Below are positions 23,853 through 37,929 of a stretch of DNA of 64,000 bases, one piece after another (the stretch's first letter is position 1; every line of letters begins with the position of its first letter). The notes beneath the pieces are model-generated. The model was given only the letters and a program-made list of their open reading frames with translations. It was not told the origin of the DNA and made no database searches. Location: the NCBI GenBank assembly GCA_040285825.1, contig JAUPSS010000001.1, positions 3,906,001-3,970,000 on the forward strand, given 5' to 3'. Both the position numbers and the translations under genes were made by a program. Source of the DNA: Eukaryota sp. TZLM1-RC. Its lineage: Eukaryota; Protista; Metamonada: BaSk clade.

Positions 23853-24952
23853 TGATGCCGTTAGGCAGAAATACCAAAGAAGTAAAGAGAGAAAAGAAGG
23901 TTTATTAATAGAAATACTTGTTTTTGAACAAGTGCCACGTCATCATGTAAATTCCTCATCTGTCTAGCAAGTTAGTTAATCAGTAACAACAACACTACTT
24001 CTTCCCATTTTCTTTCAACAGTTGCGTGAACCATTTAGCATAATGAAGAAAAGGGATTTGTGAGATACTGAGGCACGTGGCGTAAATGATTGACTTCGTG
24101 CTTAACTTTTGAGGGGCAATCACGAGCTAGATGACCTTTCTGGTGACATTTGAAACATGTCCCTTCAGTCAAATTGCGAGACCTATGGGATGAACGAGAC
24201 TTCATACCAGCTTGACGCACAGAGTCGGTATTTTCAGAAACAGTCTTTGAAGACCTGTTCCAAGAAGCTACTCGCGTGCAATCAAGTAGTTCATCCTCTG
24301 CGGTATTTACCAATGTAGGAAAATCGGGGAATAACTCGTCCCGAATTCGAGAAATCAGAAATTTCTGCAGTCCTAATGGAAGAATACCCTTGGCGAATCT
24401 GATCATGAAGGCTGAGTCAGGCAATTTCAGTCCGGAAGTCCTGCTTTTCGCCTGAAGAAAACGTCTCAGGTAGCAGGACATACGTTCACGGACGTCGCCC
24501 TTACGGACATCAACCTTCAACTCAGACATCACCAAGTTGAATTCCTCGTACGAGGAAAACGAGGTGGATGATCTTAAATGATCCAGAAACACCTCATCGG
24601 ATGAATCGACCCTGAGTATTGTGAGAACCAATGATTCTAACAAGAAGGGGTCAACGAGGAGCCTTGCTGGAACAAGGTCCTTTTTCGGTGTAACAGAAGA
24701 GTACACCTTCCACTGTTGTAGGAACAACAGAACATCATCCACTTCCATAGAAGCAAATGACGGATGTAGTACGTGTGTAGATCACATCTGCAATGAGGGC
24801 CAATAATTATTGATGCCGTTAGGCAGAAATACCAAAGAAGTAAAGAGAGAAAAGAAGGTTTATTAATAGAAATACTTGTTTTTGAACAAATGCCACGTCA
24901 TCATGTAAATTCCTCATCTGTCTAGCAAGTTAGTTAATCAGTAACAACAACA
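23853..24952 (-). mobile_element. gag-only LTR element type A, duplicate
   Basis: Same LTRs and AATA TSD at offset 9368. Confidence 0.93.
24035..24748 (-). CDS. gag: Gag-like CCHC protein, duplicate
   Basis: Near-identical to 14667..15380. Confidence 0.85.
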   Translation of the reverse strand: MEVDDVLLFLQQWKVYSSVTPKKDLVPARLLVDPFLLESLVLTILRVDSSDEVFLDHLRSSTSFSSYEEFNLVMSELKVDVRKGDVRERMSCYLRRFLQAKSRTSGLKLPDSAFMIRFAKGILPLGLQKFLISRIRDELFPDFPTLVNTAEDELLDCTRVASWNRSSKTVSENTDSVRQAGMKSRSSHRSRNLTEGTCFKCHQKGHLARDCPSKVKHEVNHLRHVPQYLTNPFSSLC

Positions 24953-26183
24953 AATAGTGGTGGAAAAAAACTTGGCAGCTCAGGAAAATTAGATTTAATT
25001 ACCACAAAAATTGCTTTTCGTTTTACAGAAATAAAAGCACTTTTGCAGTCCAGAATAAAAATAAAATTATTATCCCCTTCGTAAAATCGTTTCTTCTTAA
25101 TTGTATCAACAATGGTAATTCTTTGCAATGCTACAGCCATTACCTATTTTACAAACCCACCAAAGTTGAGGGTTTACCTAATATTGTTGTTTATATTTTT
25201 GGTTTTAACGACAACTTTTTTTCATTAACATTAATAGTAAGGTATTTGTTCAAGGATGAGTAGAATAAGTGATTTTTTTGGAAGATCAAATGCTCAAAAC
25301 AATGTGACACTTGATTCTTTGATCGAACTAATATTGCAGAAGAGCCAATATATATTTGTTGTGTATCAAAGGGAACTCAGAATTATTATATTGGTCAAAG
25401 CTTCATTTAGTTTTTCAAAACAAGTAATCTGTATTCCACTATGTTGCAGCTTTTGTCAATTGTAGCAATAACACCATTGATTGTTTTGAATGTTGATTTT
25501 TGGGGCATGTGTTGGTCACGTGTTTTTATTTCAAAAATAGTGGCGAAAACTGAACAAATTTGAAATTAAAAAGGATACCCTATTTCACTGGTCTGATAGT
25601 CGGCGATTTCAAACGCTCTGAAGAGTTTTATTCAATAACATGGCAGTCATCAAAAGAGTCATCAATCATATTCAAGCAGGTTTGAACAAATGATGAAATA
25701 AAACGGTTTACAGTCTCTGTGAAAATGTAATAGTTGTCAACCAAATCATTCAATAAACGACATGCACACAGACAATTGGTAAGTCCCTTTTACTCAAAAG
25801 GAAGATTTAATGCATCACGTGATCAACAATAATAAAGTTCTCAGTATCAGAAGAATTTCTTAAAGTTGATTGATTCAAAATTTACCCACTACTTTATTTT
25901 TGTTACAACAGAATTCATGAAATGATAACCAAAAATACTGTTTTTAATGAGGAAGAAATATAAAAAGATCGTCGACTCAAGAGATTTGCTGATTAAATAC
26001 AAATTTATTTTAATTTAAATTTAATTTAAATTTAATTTGTATTGAGGATATTTAGTTCAAATTTGATTTAGTTTCAACAAAATCGTTTTTCAACACTAGA
26101 AAACCGTTTAGGTCTACAGTTCTACCTTTAAAAGATACTTAGCCTCAAACGTCGACAACATATTCATCTCAACACTGCTCCTC

Positions 26184-28691
26184 ATGGATGTTTCTGACGG
26201 CTTCTTAACGACACGAACATTGACGATCAATCAATTCGAACGCTTTCATAGAACTCTTTTGAGAGCATGGAACCAAAACCAGAGAGTAGATGGAAGTGTT
26301 CTGTTTGGTGATCTTCTTCATCATTTTCAACAGTAGAAACTTGGTGAAGAAGCTAAGGATTTGTTGCTATTAGCTTTTGAAAAAGGAGTTTACGTTCACA
26401 AAGACATCCCATCATTTTACTCATATGTTACAGAACCCAAAGAACACATTATACTCACTTTTCGCACTGATGAGGGGGAACTGCGATTTGAAATTCTGAA
26501 AGAAGTACCCTCAACAGCTCAACCAATGAAAGGTACCTCATTCTCCATTATGAATGTGCCATATCAGAAGCCCAAGTTTTTTTACGAGTTTTCAACCCTT
26601 CTACTGAAGTATTTAGAACAAAAAGAACGTCTATTAGATAAGTATCATTCAAACGTTTTACCCTTTATCAATTCAACAGGAACAGGTAAAACACGGTTTA
26701 TGATTGAATCATGTAAGTCTATTCAGTCCAGAGATGATTTAGAAGCAGTATATTTCACGTTTCCTAGATTCTCAACGGAAGGTTCTGATTCTGTACTGAG
26801 GACAGAGCCTCTTGCTACTGCTGATTTCACTGGTTACTTCCGCAAGTTAATGTACAATGATTACACTGAAGATAGAAAGCAAAGGGTCCGCCGTATTGTT
26901 TTTGCCTGCCAGTGTTTGATGGCTTCTGCCCTGAAACTTGGTCAAAGCTATCAGACTATGGAAAGGGAATACTTTGAAATACTACCAACCAGTATGGTGA
27001 ACAAGGCAGGAGAGCTGTTCACAACATATTATACTTCTTCAGATAATATTGCTCTCCAAACTACCAATATGTTGAATTCGCTATCCCTTTTAAATTCAAC
27101 CAAATATGTTTTATTTTCAGATGAGGTTAGTTCACTTATTGGTACGAGTTTCGGATCTATTCGCACCAAAGCCTACTTTAACGAGGCTAGTGATGGTTTG
27201 GATTGTGATTGGAATTTCTTCCGTTGTTGGCGACATGCTGCTAGAAACTTACTACTATCAGGAATACAACTGATCGTAATTGTTGCTGGAACTCATACTG
27301 CTCTACATCACTTTTGTCATGATGTTGTCAAGTCCTTGTCTTATAGACCATTTACACCTGGTAAAAATGACTATATGGTGGATGAAGTACGCAGTGGTAC
27401 TACTTTACCCCCAGTCTCTACTGGTTGGGTTCAGATTTTTGATGATTTTCTCCCTCTAACCCGTAGAAGTCCTGATGTTTCGCCATTACTTTCTCTAGTC
27501 AATGCAGCTTCTTGTAGGCCATTGTGGGTTGCGTATGCACGTGATTCGATCAATTGGGATTCTTTTGAACGTAAAATAGTTGAAAAAGCACAACACGCTT
27601 TCAGTGAAACCGATGTCGACCAGTACATGGCAGCCATACTTTCCGTCATTCTAGAAGGTACAGCAATCCATGAAACTGTGTTGACAAAGTTTGTCCATTG
27701 TACATTTGCCATGGTTGATTTTACTTGTGCTCATATTGGAACAGAGCAGAAGTACTTTTCGTTTCTGGTCCCAACTGTTGATCCATTGATTGCTCACTGT
27801 GGATGGCAGCTTCTCCTCCAGTTAAAGGATAATGAGTGGCAACATGAACTGACGAAGGTGCTGAGGGAATTGATAAGCACGCATGTTGCACCAACTACCT
27901 TTGGAATCTTGGTTGAACCAATTGCAGTAGCATTGCTGCTTTTTTTGTTTCAATTCCAAAGATCTCAACAACCACCAAATGATGTTAAATACTTTGTTAA
28001 CTTGTATCCATTATTTTTGGAACATTTTTTGGCAGCATTTTGTACATCATATAACATACCCAAAGCACCCAGTGGTTGGACCTCTCCATGGGTTCTCTCA
28101 ATTGCAGAATCAATGCTACTTCATGATAGGAGTGTTCTCACAGATAGCCAGTCTTTTTTCCATTTACTTTTAGGTGCATTCATTTTCAGAACGATCGTCA
28201 TATTACCTGATAGAACTGAAGCCGTTGATGCAATCATTCCATTAGTTCGTTCTAACAATGATTCTTCAATCAGTCTTCCATCACTGTTTGCAATCCAATC
28301 AGCCATTGAAAGAGGTAATGGTCACCAGTATCTTGGATACGTCAAGATTCAAATCAAAACCTCTACGACAGTTTCAACGAAACGGGTCTTTCAAAGCCTA
28401 CGTTCAACACATTTTGGGTCACAAGCATGCTATAGTGTATGTTTGCTCTTATCATTGGGTAATAGGAATGATCTAACTGCACCAGAGTTAACCTCATATC
28501 AATCAAATGAAGATCGTAGGGTTTACGTGGCAGATGAAGCAAAGTTTTCCATTGTCAAACAGGCAGTTATGACGTTGAAAAATGCATTGGATGTTCCTCA
28601 ACATAAATTTCGAGTCAGAAACAATGGTGAAATTATTGATAAACCTTGGACTAAAGTAGAGAGCTTTTCCCCTAAACATTCACCTAGTTAA
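26184..28691 (+). pseudogene. NTPase + REase-fold protein, copy 3, nonsense codon at codon 51
   Basis: ATG at 26184; CAG>TAG at 26334-26336; the rest of the frame is open. Confidence 0.8.
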
Positions 28692-31600
28692 TTTCAAAAA
28701 TAGAGCTAAACTCTGTCTTTTACTTAACAAACCCACACTAATTCTATGGTGGCAGGTTCTGAAGACTTGTTTTTGTTGCAATAAATTTATATACATCAAT
28801 TGTTAAACTTGTGTTAAGTTCCCTAAATTGAAGCAGTATCGCAATAAGAGTAATAGTTTAGTTGAATTGACACTCAAAATTCTTCAACAGCATTAATATA
28901 CATTGTAGACATCATCCATAATGCGGTTGACAACAGAGCACCTGTGAATGGTTTTCAGCTCTTCCAACAAATTCTCTTACGGAATCATCAACCTAATTTC
29001 TAAAGGTAAATAAATGTTTGCAATTTAACAAAAGAGTCATTGTACTTTTTCAACATTATTTGCAAATTGAATTATGAACTAAATACTCAAGCCAAATAAA
29101 GGAGCGAAGTCTCTTATTCAGGGTCCAGGCAAACAAGTGCAAGAAGAATTGGTCTGTAGAAACACTCTTTGGAACTCAACAATTTCGAAATGATGTTGTT
29201 CCGTATCTTAATCAAATATTATTCAAGGAAAAGTGCAGAAATTGACATAATGTGGGAAACTAAATCAGTATTTATTGATTTAACTTTCATTAGTTCCGGA
29301 TGGTGGATGATATCAAGTTCATATGATGACAAGCCGTTATGGTAATTTTGAGAAGTAATTAAGATAATACAAATAATCAAATATAATTTTTCCGTGGATC
29401 AGTGTAATGCAAAGTAAAACAACATCAAAGCACAATTGGAAAACCCAGTCGGACAGTATGAATCAATTCAATATCTATTGCAAAAAAAACTAGAAGATAT
29501 CCTTTTGCCGAAAATCTTCTTGAAACTACAAATAGCCTATTCCTCGATAACTTAAGAGAGAAATATCCAGTTTATCTCCCGACTTATGGCAATCATGTTT
29601 CCCCATATCCATTCAAGAAATTCCAGACAGAAGTTTGTATTCATTAAAATTTGCGTTGAAAAAGCTTCAACGACATCTTTTGAAAAAATTTGAAAGCAAG
29701 GATTTTATTGTTCGACTTAGCACGGCTAAGAAAGAAAATCCTGCTTTTGCAAATCTTTTGATTGATTTGAAGGACAGTTCATCTGCAGTTTTGATAAATC
29801 AAATTCCCCAGATTTAGGGCCTATTTTTGAATGACGACCAATGGACCACTGCTATGAGAATGCGTTGTTATTTATGGCCTTGTAATTTGCCCAATGATTT
29901 GTTTTGCAAATGTGGAGCTTGTTTGACATTATCACATTTATTGAATTGTAATAGATTTATTTCCTATCGTTCTACGTTGCATGATGCAGTCAGAGATCAA
30001 ATCCATGCAATGTGTAATTCCTATCATATTGAATCTTTTGTAGAACCTTTGCTGAGGTCTCTTGATATAAATGAAAGCGTAAGAGATTCAGAATATGGAA
30101 AACGACGTGCTGATGTTGTTGTGCCCTCGTTTGATGATGTCATGAATGTTGTTGATGTCGTAACAGTGGATGTTTGCAAGAAAAATACCTTGAAAAATGC
30201 TCAATCCGAAGTATCCCCCCTTGATGACTCCGAATTGTACAAACGGAAAAAAATATGCAAATCCTTTAAAAGAATTGAAACATGTTCGTCATGTAGATTA
30301 CCAAATTTGCCCATTTGCTATATCGTTGTATGGTCGTCTTGGAAATAATGCTATGAATTTTATTGATGATTTTGAAAATCTTGTGAAAAGGAGAGTGAAT
30401 AAGCGTTTTGATCGTCGCTTGTGGCTAAATCGTATTGTTTTTACTATTTTCAAATCAATTCCTAAATTGATTTCGAAAGCTTTGATGTCTGTCAGTGCAC
30501 ATTACGAAGAAATTGCTGTTGTGAGGTTTGATGGTGTGGAAGCTTGTTTTGAAGATATTGATTTTTAGACTGTAGTTTAGTAATAAATTAAATACCTAAA
30601 AAAATGTGGTTACCAAAATGTAAATTAAAATATGTGCAATATGTTGATTGAAAATACGGTATTAATTCCGGCATATATTGCAATAGAGCACCATGGATAC
30701 TGCGACGACTTAGTGAATTGAAAGCATTACTAAAAATCCAATGACATACAAACATTGGATTCATTTTGGCGAAATAAAACATCAGTAGCAAAAATCGCTG
30801 AAGAGACTCCATCTGTAGTATTTATACCATATTGAAAGGGTAATAAAATCTTTTTAGCTTTTTCATTGAACCTGCTTAAGCAACACGCAGAAAAAAATAT
30901 TGTGTAAGCTCTCAGAGACTGCAATAGGACGAACATCCATTTTTGAATTTTTGACAAGTGCAGTCAAACGAGAACTTCTTAATTCTTCTGGGTATTTGAG
31001 TTGACCAGATAATATTTGGTTGAAAAATTTGGTCAATAAACCAAGGCAATCTTCTGAAGAAATAATCGCGGCTTTTACATGATCAATAGTAATACCAGAA
31101 AGTCCGGCAGACTTACCACGTGGTCTCTTTTTGATAACCGAAAAAACTTCTGATGGCATCAATGGATAATTTTCCCAGTATGTGCCGTAAAAATTTTGAT
31201 CCATTATAGGGTCTTCATAAGGATGAAGTATTTTTAATTTATCTATTGTATTTTCATTGTTGGGTGCTTTAACTCCGGGGCTTAAAGCTGACAAAGCCTT
31301 GGACCATTTGTTGTCAAAGCATTTGTCTTCAAAAATTTTACTTAATTTCTCGGAAAAAAGCTGCTACATTATACCAATCCATAGGTCTTGAGTTGAATGT
31401 TCAAAAATGTTTTTGTATTTCTAGGAAAATGTTAAGTTAATAATTAATTCCCTTGAAGTTCCATATATTGATTATACTTCAACTAGTTTCTGCTTTCTTG
31501 GTTGCTATTTAGGTTCCGCCGAAAAAACACTTGATAGCCTTGAAAATTATTTAAATTCAATTAAAAAAGAGCTAGAAGTCATAAAGACTCTTGAATTGGA

Positions 31601-34600
31601 AAAACATCTTAAGTTTTTTCTTTTGAAAATTTGTTATGCTGGAAAATTACTCATTTACTGCGATCATTACCTCCATCCCTAACTTACAATTTTTGTAGAC
31701 AATTTAACAAAATACGTACCCAATTTTTGGCTTATTTAATGTCGGTTGATCCATCAATTTTGAAAAATCATATTTTTTCTGATGTTCAACTTGGCGGTGT
31801 TGGATTCAATTCATCAAAATATTTGACCAAAGCTGCATTTATTGGTGGTGGAAAAAATTTTGTATTTGAATTCTCCAGAAGATATCCTTTGCCGAAAATC
31901 TTCTCGAAACTACAAATAGCCTATTCCTCGATAACTTAAGAGAAGAAATTTCCAGTTTATCTCCCGACTTATGGCAATCATGTTTCCCCATATCCATTCA
32001 AGAAATTCCAGACAGAAGTTTGTATTCATTAAAATTTGCGTTGAAAAAGCTCCAACGACATCTTTTGAAAAAATTTGAAAGCAAGGATTTTATTGTTCGA
32101 CTTAGCACGGCTAAGAAAGAAAATCCTGCTTTTGCCAATTTTTTGATTGATTTGAAGGACAGTTCATCTGCAGTTTTGATAAATCAAATTCCCCAGATTT
32201 ATGGTCTATTTTTGAATGACGACCAATGGACCACTGCTATGAGAATGCGCTGTTATTTATGGCCTTGTAATTTGCCCAATGATTTGTTTTGCAAATGTGG
32301 AGCTTGTTTGACATTATCACATTTATTGAATTGTAATAGATTTATTTCCTATCGTTCTACGTTGCATGATGCAGTCAGAGATCAAATCCATGCAATGTGT
32401 AATTCCTATCATATTGAATCTTTTGTAGAACCTTTGCTGAGGTCTCTTGATATAAATGAAAGCGTAAGAGATTCAGAATATGGAAAACGACGTGCTGATG
32501 TTGTTGTGCCCTCGTTTGATGATGTCATGAATGTTGTTGATGTCGTAACAGTGGATGTTTGCAAGAAAAATACCTTGAAAAATGCTCAATCCGAAGTATC
32601 CCCCCTTGATGACTCCGAATTGTACAAACGGAAAAAATATGCAAATCCTTTAAAAGAATTGAAACATGTTCGTCATGTAGATTACCAAATTTGCCCATTT
32701 GCTATATCGTTGTATGGTCGTCTTGGAAATAATGCTATGAATTTTATTGATGATTTTGAAAATCTTGTGAAAAGGAGAGTGAATAAGCGTTTTGATCGTC
32801 GCTTGTGGCTAAATCGTATTGTTTTTACTATTTTCAAATCAATTCCTAAATTGATTTCGAAAGCTTTGATGTCTGTCAGTGCACATTACGAAGAAATTGC
32901 TGTTGTGAGGTTTGATGGTGTGGAAGCTTGTTTTGAAGATATTGATTTTTAGACTGTAGTTTAGTAATAAATTAAATACCTAAAAAAATGTGGTTACCAA
33001 AATGTAAATTAAAATATGTGCAATATGTTGATTGAAAATACGGTATTAATTCCGGCATATATTGCAATAGAGCACCATGGATACTGCGACGACTTAGTGA
33101 ATTGAAAGCATTACTAAAAATCCAATGACATACAAACATTGGATTCATTTTGGCGAAATAAAACATCAGTAGCAAAAATCGCTGAAGAGACTCCATCTGT
33201 AGTATTTATACCATATTGAAAGGGTAATAAAATCTTTTTAGCTTTTTCATTGAACCTGCTTAAGCAACACGCAGAAAAAATATTGTGTAAGCTCTCAGAG
33301 ACTGCAATAGGACGAACATCCATTTTTGAATTTTTGACAAGTGCAGTCAAACGAGAACTTCTTAATTCTTCTGGGTATTTGAGTTGACCAGATAATATTT
33401 GGTTGAAAAATTTGGTCAATAAACCAAGGCAATCTTCTGAAGAAATAATCGCGGCTTTTACATGATCAATAGTAATACCAGAAAGTCCGGCAGACTTACC
33501 ACGTGGTCTCTTTTTGATAACCGAAAAAACTTCTGATGGCATCAATGGATAATTTTCCCAGTATGTGCCGTAAAAATTTTGATCCATTATAGGGTCTTCA
33601 TAAGGATGAAGTATTTTTAATTTATCTATTGTATTTTCATTGTTGGGTGCTTTAACTCCGGGGCTTAAAGCTGACAAAGCCTTGGACCATTTGTTGTCAA
33701 AGCATTTGTCTTCAAAAATTTTACTTAATTTCTCGGAAAAAAGCTGCTACATTATACCAATCCATAGGTCTTGAGTTGAATGTTCAAAAATGTTTTTGTA
33801 TTTCTAGGAAAAATGTTAAGTTAATAATTAATTCCCTTGAAGTTCCATATATTGATTATACTTCAACTAGTTTCTGCTTTCTTGGTTGCTATTTAGGTTC
33901 CGCCGAAAAAACACTTGATAGCCTTGAAAATTATTTAAATTCAATTAAAAAAGAGCTAGAAGTCATAAAGACTCTTGAATTGGAAAAACATCTTAAGTTT
34001 TTTCTTTTGAAAATTTGTTATGCTGGAAAAATTACTCATTTACTGCGATCATTACCTCCATCCCTAACTTACAATTTTTGTAGACAATTTAACAAAATAC
34101 GTACCCAATTTTTGGCTTATTTAATGTCGGTTGATCCATCAATTTTGAAAAATCATATTTTTTCTGATGTTCAACTTGGCGGTGTTGGATTCAATTCATC
34201 AAAATATTTGACCAAAGCTGCATTTATTGGTGGTGGAAAAAATTTTGTATTTGAATTCTCCAGAAGATATCCTTTGCCGAAAATCTTCTCGAAACTACAA
34301 ATAGCCTATTCCTCGATAACTTAAGAGAAGAAATTTCCAGTTTATCTCCCGACTTATGGCAATCATGTTTCCCCATATCCATTCAAGAAATTCCAGACAG
34401 AAGTTTGTATTCATTAAAATTTGCGTTGAAAAAGCTCCAACGACATCTTTTGAAAAAATTTGAAAGCAAGGATTTTATTGTTCGACTTAGCACGGCTAAG
34501 AAAGAAAATCCTGCTTTTGCCAATTTTTTGATTGATTTGAAGGACAGTTCATCTGCAGTTTTGATAAATCAAATTCCCCAGATTTATGGTCTATTTTTGA

Positions 34601-35356
34601 ATGACGACCAATGGACCACTGCTATGAGAATGCGCTGTTATTTATGGCCTTGTAATTTGCCCAATGATTTGTTTTGCAAATGTGGAGCTGGTTTGACATT
34701 ATCACATTTATTTAATTGTAATAGATTTATTTCCTATCGTTCTACGTTGCATGATGCAGTCAGAGATCAAATCCATGCAATGTGTAATTCCTATCATATT
34801 GAATCTTTTGTAGAACCTTTGTTGAGGTCTCTTGATATAAATGAAAGCGTAAGAGATTCAGAATATGGAAAACGACGTGCTGATGTTGTTGTGCCCTCGT
34901 TTGATGATGTCATGAATGTTGTTGATGTCGTAACAGTGGATGTTTGCAAGAAAAATGCCTTGAAAAATGCTCAATCCGAAGTATCCCCCCTTGATGACTC
35001 CGAATTGTACAAACGGAAAAAATATGCAAATCCTTTAAAAGAATTGAAACATGTTCGTCATGTAGATTACCAAATTTGCCCATTTGCTATATCGTTGTAT
35101 GGTCGTCTTGGAAATACTGCTATGAATTTTATTGATGATTTTGAAAATCTTGTGAAAAGGAGAGTGAATAAGCGTTTTGATCGTCGCTTGTGGCTAAATC
35201 GTATTGTTTTTACTATTTTCAAATCAATTCCTAAATTGATTTCGAAAGCTTTGATGTCTGTCAGTGCACATTACGAAGAAATTGCTGTTGTGAGGTTTGA
35301 TGGTGTGGAAGCTTGTTTTGAAGATATTGATTTTTAGACTGTAGTTTAGTAATAAA

Positions 35357-36061
35357 TTAAATACCTAAAAAAATGTGGTTACCAAAATGTAAATTAAAAT
35401 ATGTGCAATATGTTGATTGAAAATACGGTATTAATTCCGGCATATATTGCAATAGAGCACCATGGATACTGCGACGACTTAGTGAATTGAAAGCATTACT
35501 AAAATCCAATGACATACAAACATTGGATTCATTTTGGCGAAATAAAACATCAGTAGCAAAAATCGCTGAAGAGACTCCATCTGTAGTATTTATACCATAT
35601 TGAAAGGGTAATAAAATCTTTTTAGCTTTTTCATTGAACCTGCTTAAGCAACACGCAGAAAAAATATTGTGTAAGCTCTCAGAGACTGCAATAGGACGAA
35701 CATCCATTTTTGAATTTTTGACAAGTGCAGTCAAACGAGAACTTCTTAATTCTTCTGGGTATTTGAGTTGACCAGATAATATTTGGTTGAAAAATTTGGT
35801 CAATAAACCAAGGCAATCTTCTGAAGAAATAATCGCGGCTTTTACATGATCAATAGTAATACCAGAAAGTCCGGCAGACTTACCACGTGGTCTCTTTTTG
35901 ATAACCGAAAAAACTTCTGATGGCATCAATGGATAATTTTCCCAGTATGTGCCGTAAAAATTTTGATCCATTATAGGGTCTTCATAAGGATGAAGTATTT
36001 TTAATTTATCTATTGTATTTTCATTGTTGGGTGCTTTAACTCCGGGGCTTAAAGCTGACAA
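35357..36061 (-). pseudogene. inverted RT N-terminal segment (paralogs at 30588-31350 and 32972-33735)
   Basis: RT subdomains 0-3; ends before the QGDPL and YxDD motifs. Confidence 0.85.
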
Positions 36062-36364
36062 AGCCTTGGACCATTTGTTGTCAAAGCATTTGTCTTCAAA
36101 AATTTTACTTAATTTCTCGGAAAAAAGCTGCTACATTATACCAATCCATAGGTCTTGAGTTGAATGTTCAAAAATGTTTTTGTATTTCTAGGAAAAATGT
36201 TAAGTTAATAATTAATTCCCTTGAAGTTCCATATATTGATTATACTTCAACTAGTTTCTGCTTTCTTGGTTGCTATTTAGGTTCCGCCGAAAAAACACTT
36301 GATAGCCTTGAAAATTATTTAAATTCAATTAAAAAAAGAGCTAGAAGTCATAAAGACTCTTGAA

Positions 36365-37723
36365 TTGGAAAAACATCTTAAGTTTTTTCTTTTGAAAATT
36401 TGTTATGCTGGAAAAATTACTCATTTACTGCGATCATTACCTCCATCCCTAACTTACAATTTTTGTAGACAATTTAACAAAATACGTACCCAATTTTTGG
36501 CTTATTTAATGTCGGTTGATCCATCAATTTTGAAAAATCATATTTTTTCTGATGTTCAACTTGGCGGTGTTGGATTCAATTCATCAAAATATTTGACCAA
36601 AGCTGCATTTATTGGTGGTGGAAAAAATTTTGTATTTGAATTCTCCAGAAGATATCCTTTTGCCGAAAATCTTCTCGAAACTACAAATAGCCTATTCCTC
36701 GATAACTTAAGAGAAGAAATTTCCAGTTTATCTCCCGACTTATGGCAATCATGTTTCCCCATATCCATTCAAGAAATTCCAGACAGAAGTTTGTATTCAT
36801 TAAAATTTGCGTTGAAAAAGCTCCAACGACATCTTTTGAAAAAATTTGAAAGCAAGGATTTTATTGTTCGACTTAGCACGGCTAAGAAAGAAAATCCTGC
36901 TTTTGCCAATTTTTTGATTGATTTGAAGGACAGTTCATCTGCAGTTTTGATAAATCAAATTCCCCAGATTTATGGTCTATTTTTGAATGACGACCAATGG
37001 ACCACTGCTATGAGAATGCGCTGTTATTTATGGCCTTGTAATTTGCCCAATGATTTGTTTTGCAAATGTGGAGCTGGTTTGACATTATCACATTTATTTA
37101 ATTGTAATAGATTTATTTCCTATCGTTCTACGTTGCATGATGCAGTCAGAGATCAAATCCATGCAATGTGTAATTCCTATCATATTGAATCTTTTGTAGA
37201 ACCTTTGTTGAGGTCTCTTGATATAAATGAAAGCGTAAGAGATTCAGAATATGGAAAACGACGTGCTGATGTTGTTGTGCCCTCGTTTGATGATGTCATG
37301 AATGTTGTTGATGTCGTAACAGTGGATGTTTGCAAGAAAAATGCCTTGAAAAATGCTCAATCCGAAGTATCCCCCCTTGATGACTCCGAATTGTACAAAC
37401 GGAAAAAATATGCAAATCCTTTAAAAGAATTGAAACATGTTCGTCATGTAGATTACCAAATTTGCCCATTTGCTATATCGTTGTATGGTCGTCTTGGAAA
37501 TACTGCTATGAATTTTATTGATGATTTTGAAAATCTTGTGAAAAGGAGAGTGAATAAGCGTTTTGATCGTCGCTTGTGGCTAAATCGTATTGTTTTTACT
37601 ATTTTCAAATCAATTCCTAAATTGATTTCGAAAGCTTTGATGTCTGTCAGTGCACATTACGAAGAAATTGCTGTTGTGAGGTTTGATGGTGTGGAAGCTT
37701 GTTTTGAAGATATTGACTTTTAG
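36365..37723 (+). CDS. RT C-terminal region + restriction-like endonuclease of a non-LTR element (longest intact piece; paralogs at 32020, 34405, 29635-30568)
   Basis: CxC...HxxxC knuckle, HD, E, RAD, D, KxxKY motifs of RLE domains. Confidence 0.8.
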   Translation: MEKHLKFFLLKICYAGKITHLLRSLPPSLTYNFCRQFNKIRTQFLAYLMSVDPSILKNHIFSDVQLGGVGFNSSKYLTKAAFIGGGKNFVFEFSRRYPFAENLLETTNSLFLDNLREEISSLSPDLWQSCFPISIQEIPDRSLYSLKFALKKLQRHLLKKFESKDFIVRLSTAKKENPAFANFLIDLKDSSSAVLINQIPQIYGLFLNDDQWTTAMRMRCYLWPCNLPNDLFCKCGAGLTLSHLFNCNRFISYRSTLHDAVRDQIHAMCNSYHIESFVEPLLRSLDINESVRDSEYGKRRADVVVPSFDDVMNVVDVVTVDVCKKNALKNAQSEVSPLDDSELYKRKKYANPLKELKHVRHVDYQICPFAISLYGRLGNTAMNFIDDFENLVKRRVNKRFDRRLWLNRIVFTIFKSIPKLISKALMSVSAHYEEIAVVRFDGVEACFEDIDF

Positions 37724-37929
37724 ACTGTAGTTTAACAATAAATTAAAATTATCAAAAAAAAATAACTCTTCAAAGTTCTTGGTTACTCTTGAAATTCCCA
37801 TTTCCACAAAAATGTTGCTCGAATTCTCTTTTGACCTGAACAGCAGGAACTTCCAAAGGTCAGAAGCTGCGCTTGTCAGATGTCATTACGATGCATGAAG
37901 ACTCTCCTTCCATCAGTGACTATTATTCA

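Larger units (their letters stand above)
22913..25080 (-). mobile_element. duplicate decayed non-LTR RT fragment with nested LTR element
   Basis: Copy of 13545-15710. Confidence 0.85.
7071..28970 (+). repeat. tandem segmental duplication, ~9.4-kb unit x ~2.3 (7071-16547, 16548-25916, 25917-~28970)
   Basis: Same gene and TE order at offsets of 9368-9477 bp (7335/16812/26184; 11900/21270; 14667/24035). Confidence 0.95.
29492..37762 (+). mobile_element. tandem array (~2385-bp unit; 1 partial + 3 full) of a 5'-inverted CRE-like RLE non-LTR retrotransposon
   Basis: RLE ORF stops at 30568, 32952, 35337 and 37723. Each full unit is a minus-strand RT N-half (KSAGLSG, RPIAVSE, QYGI, LDFSNAFNS) plus a plus-strand thumb/RLE part (CKCG..HLLNC, LHD, RADVV, KRKKY, GRLG). 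Short A tail at ~37754-37762. Confidence 0.92.
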
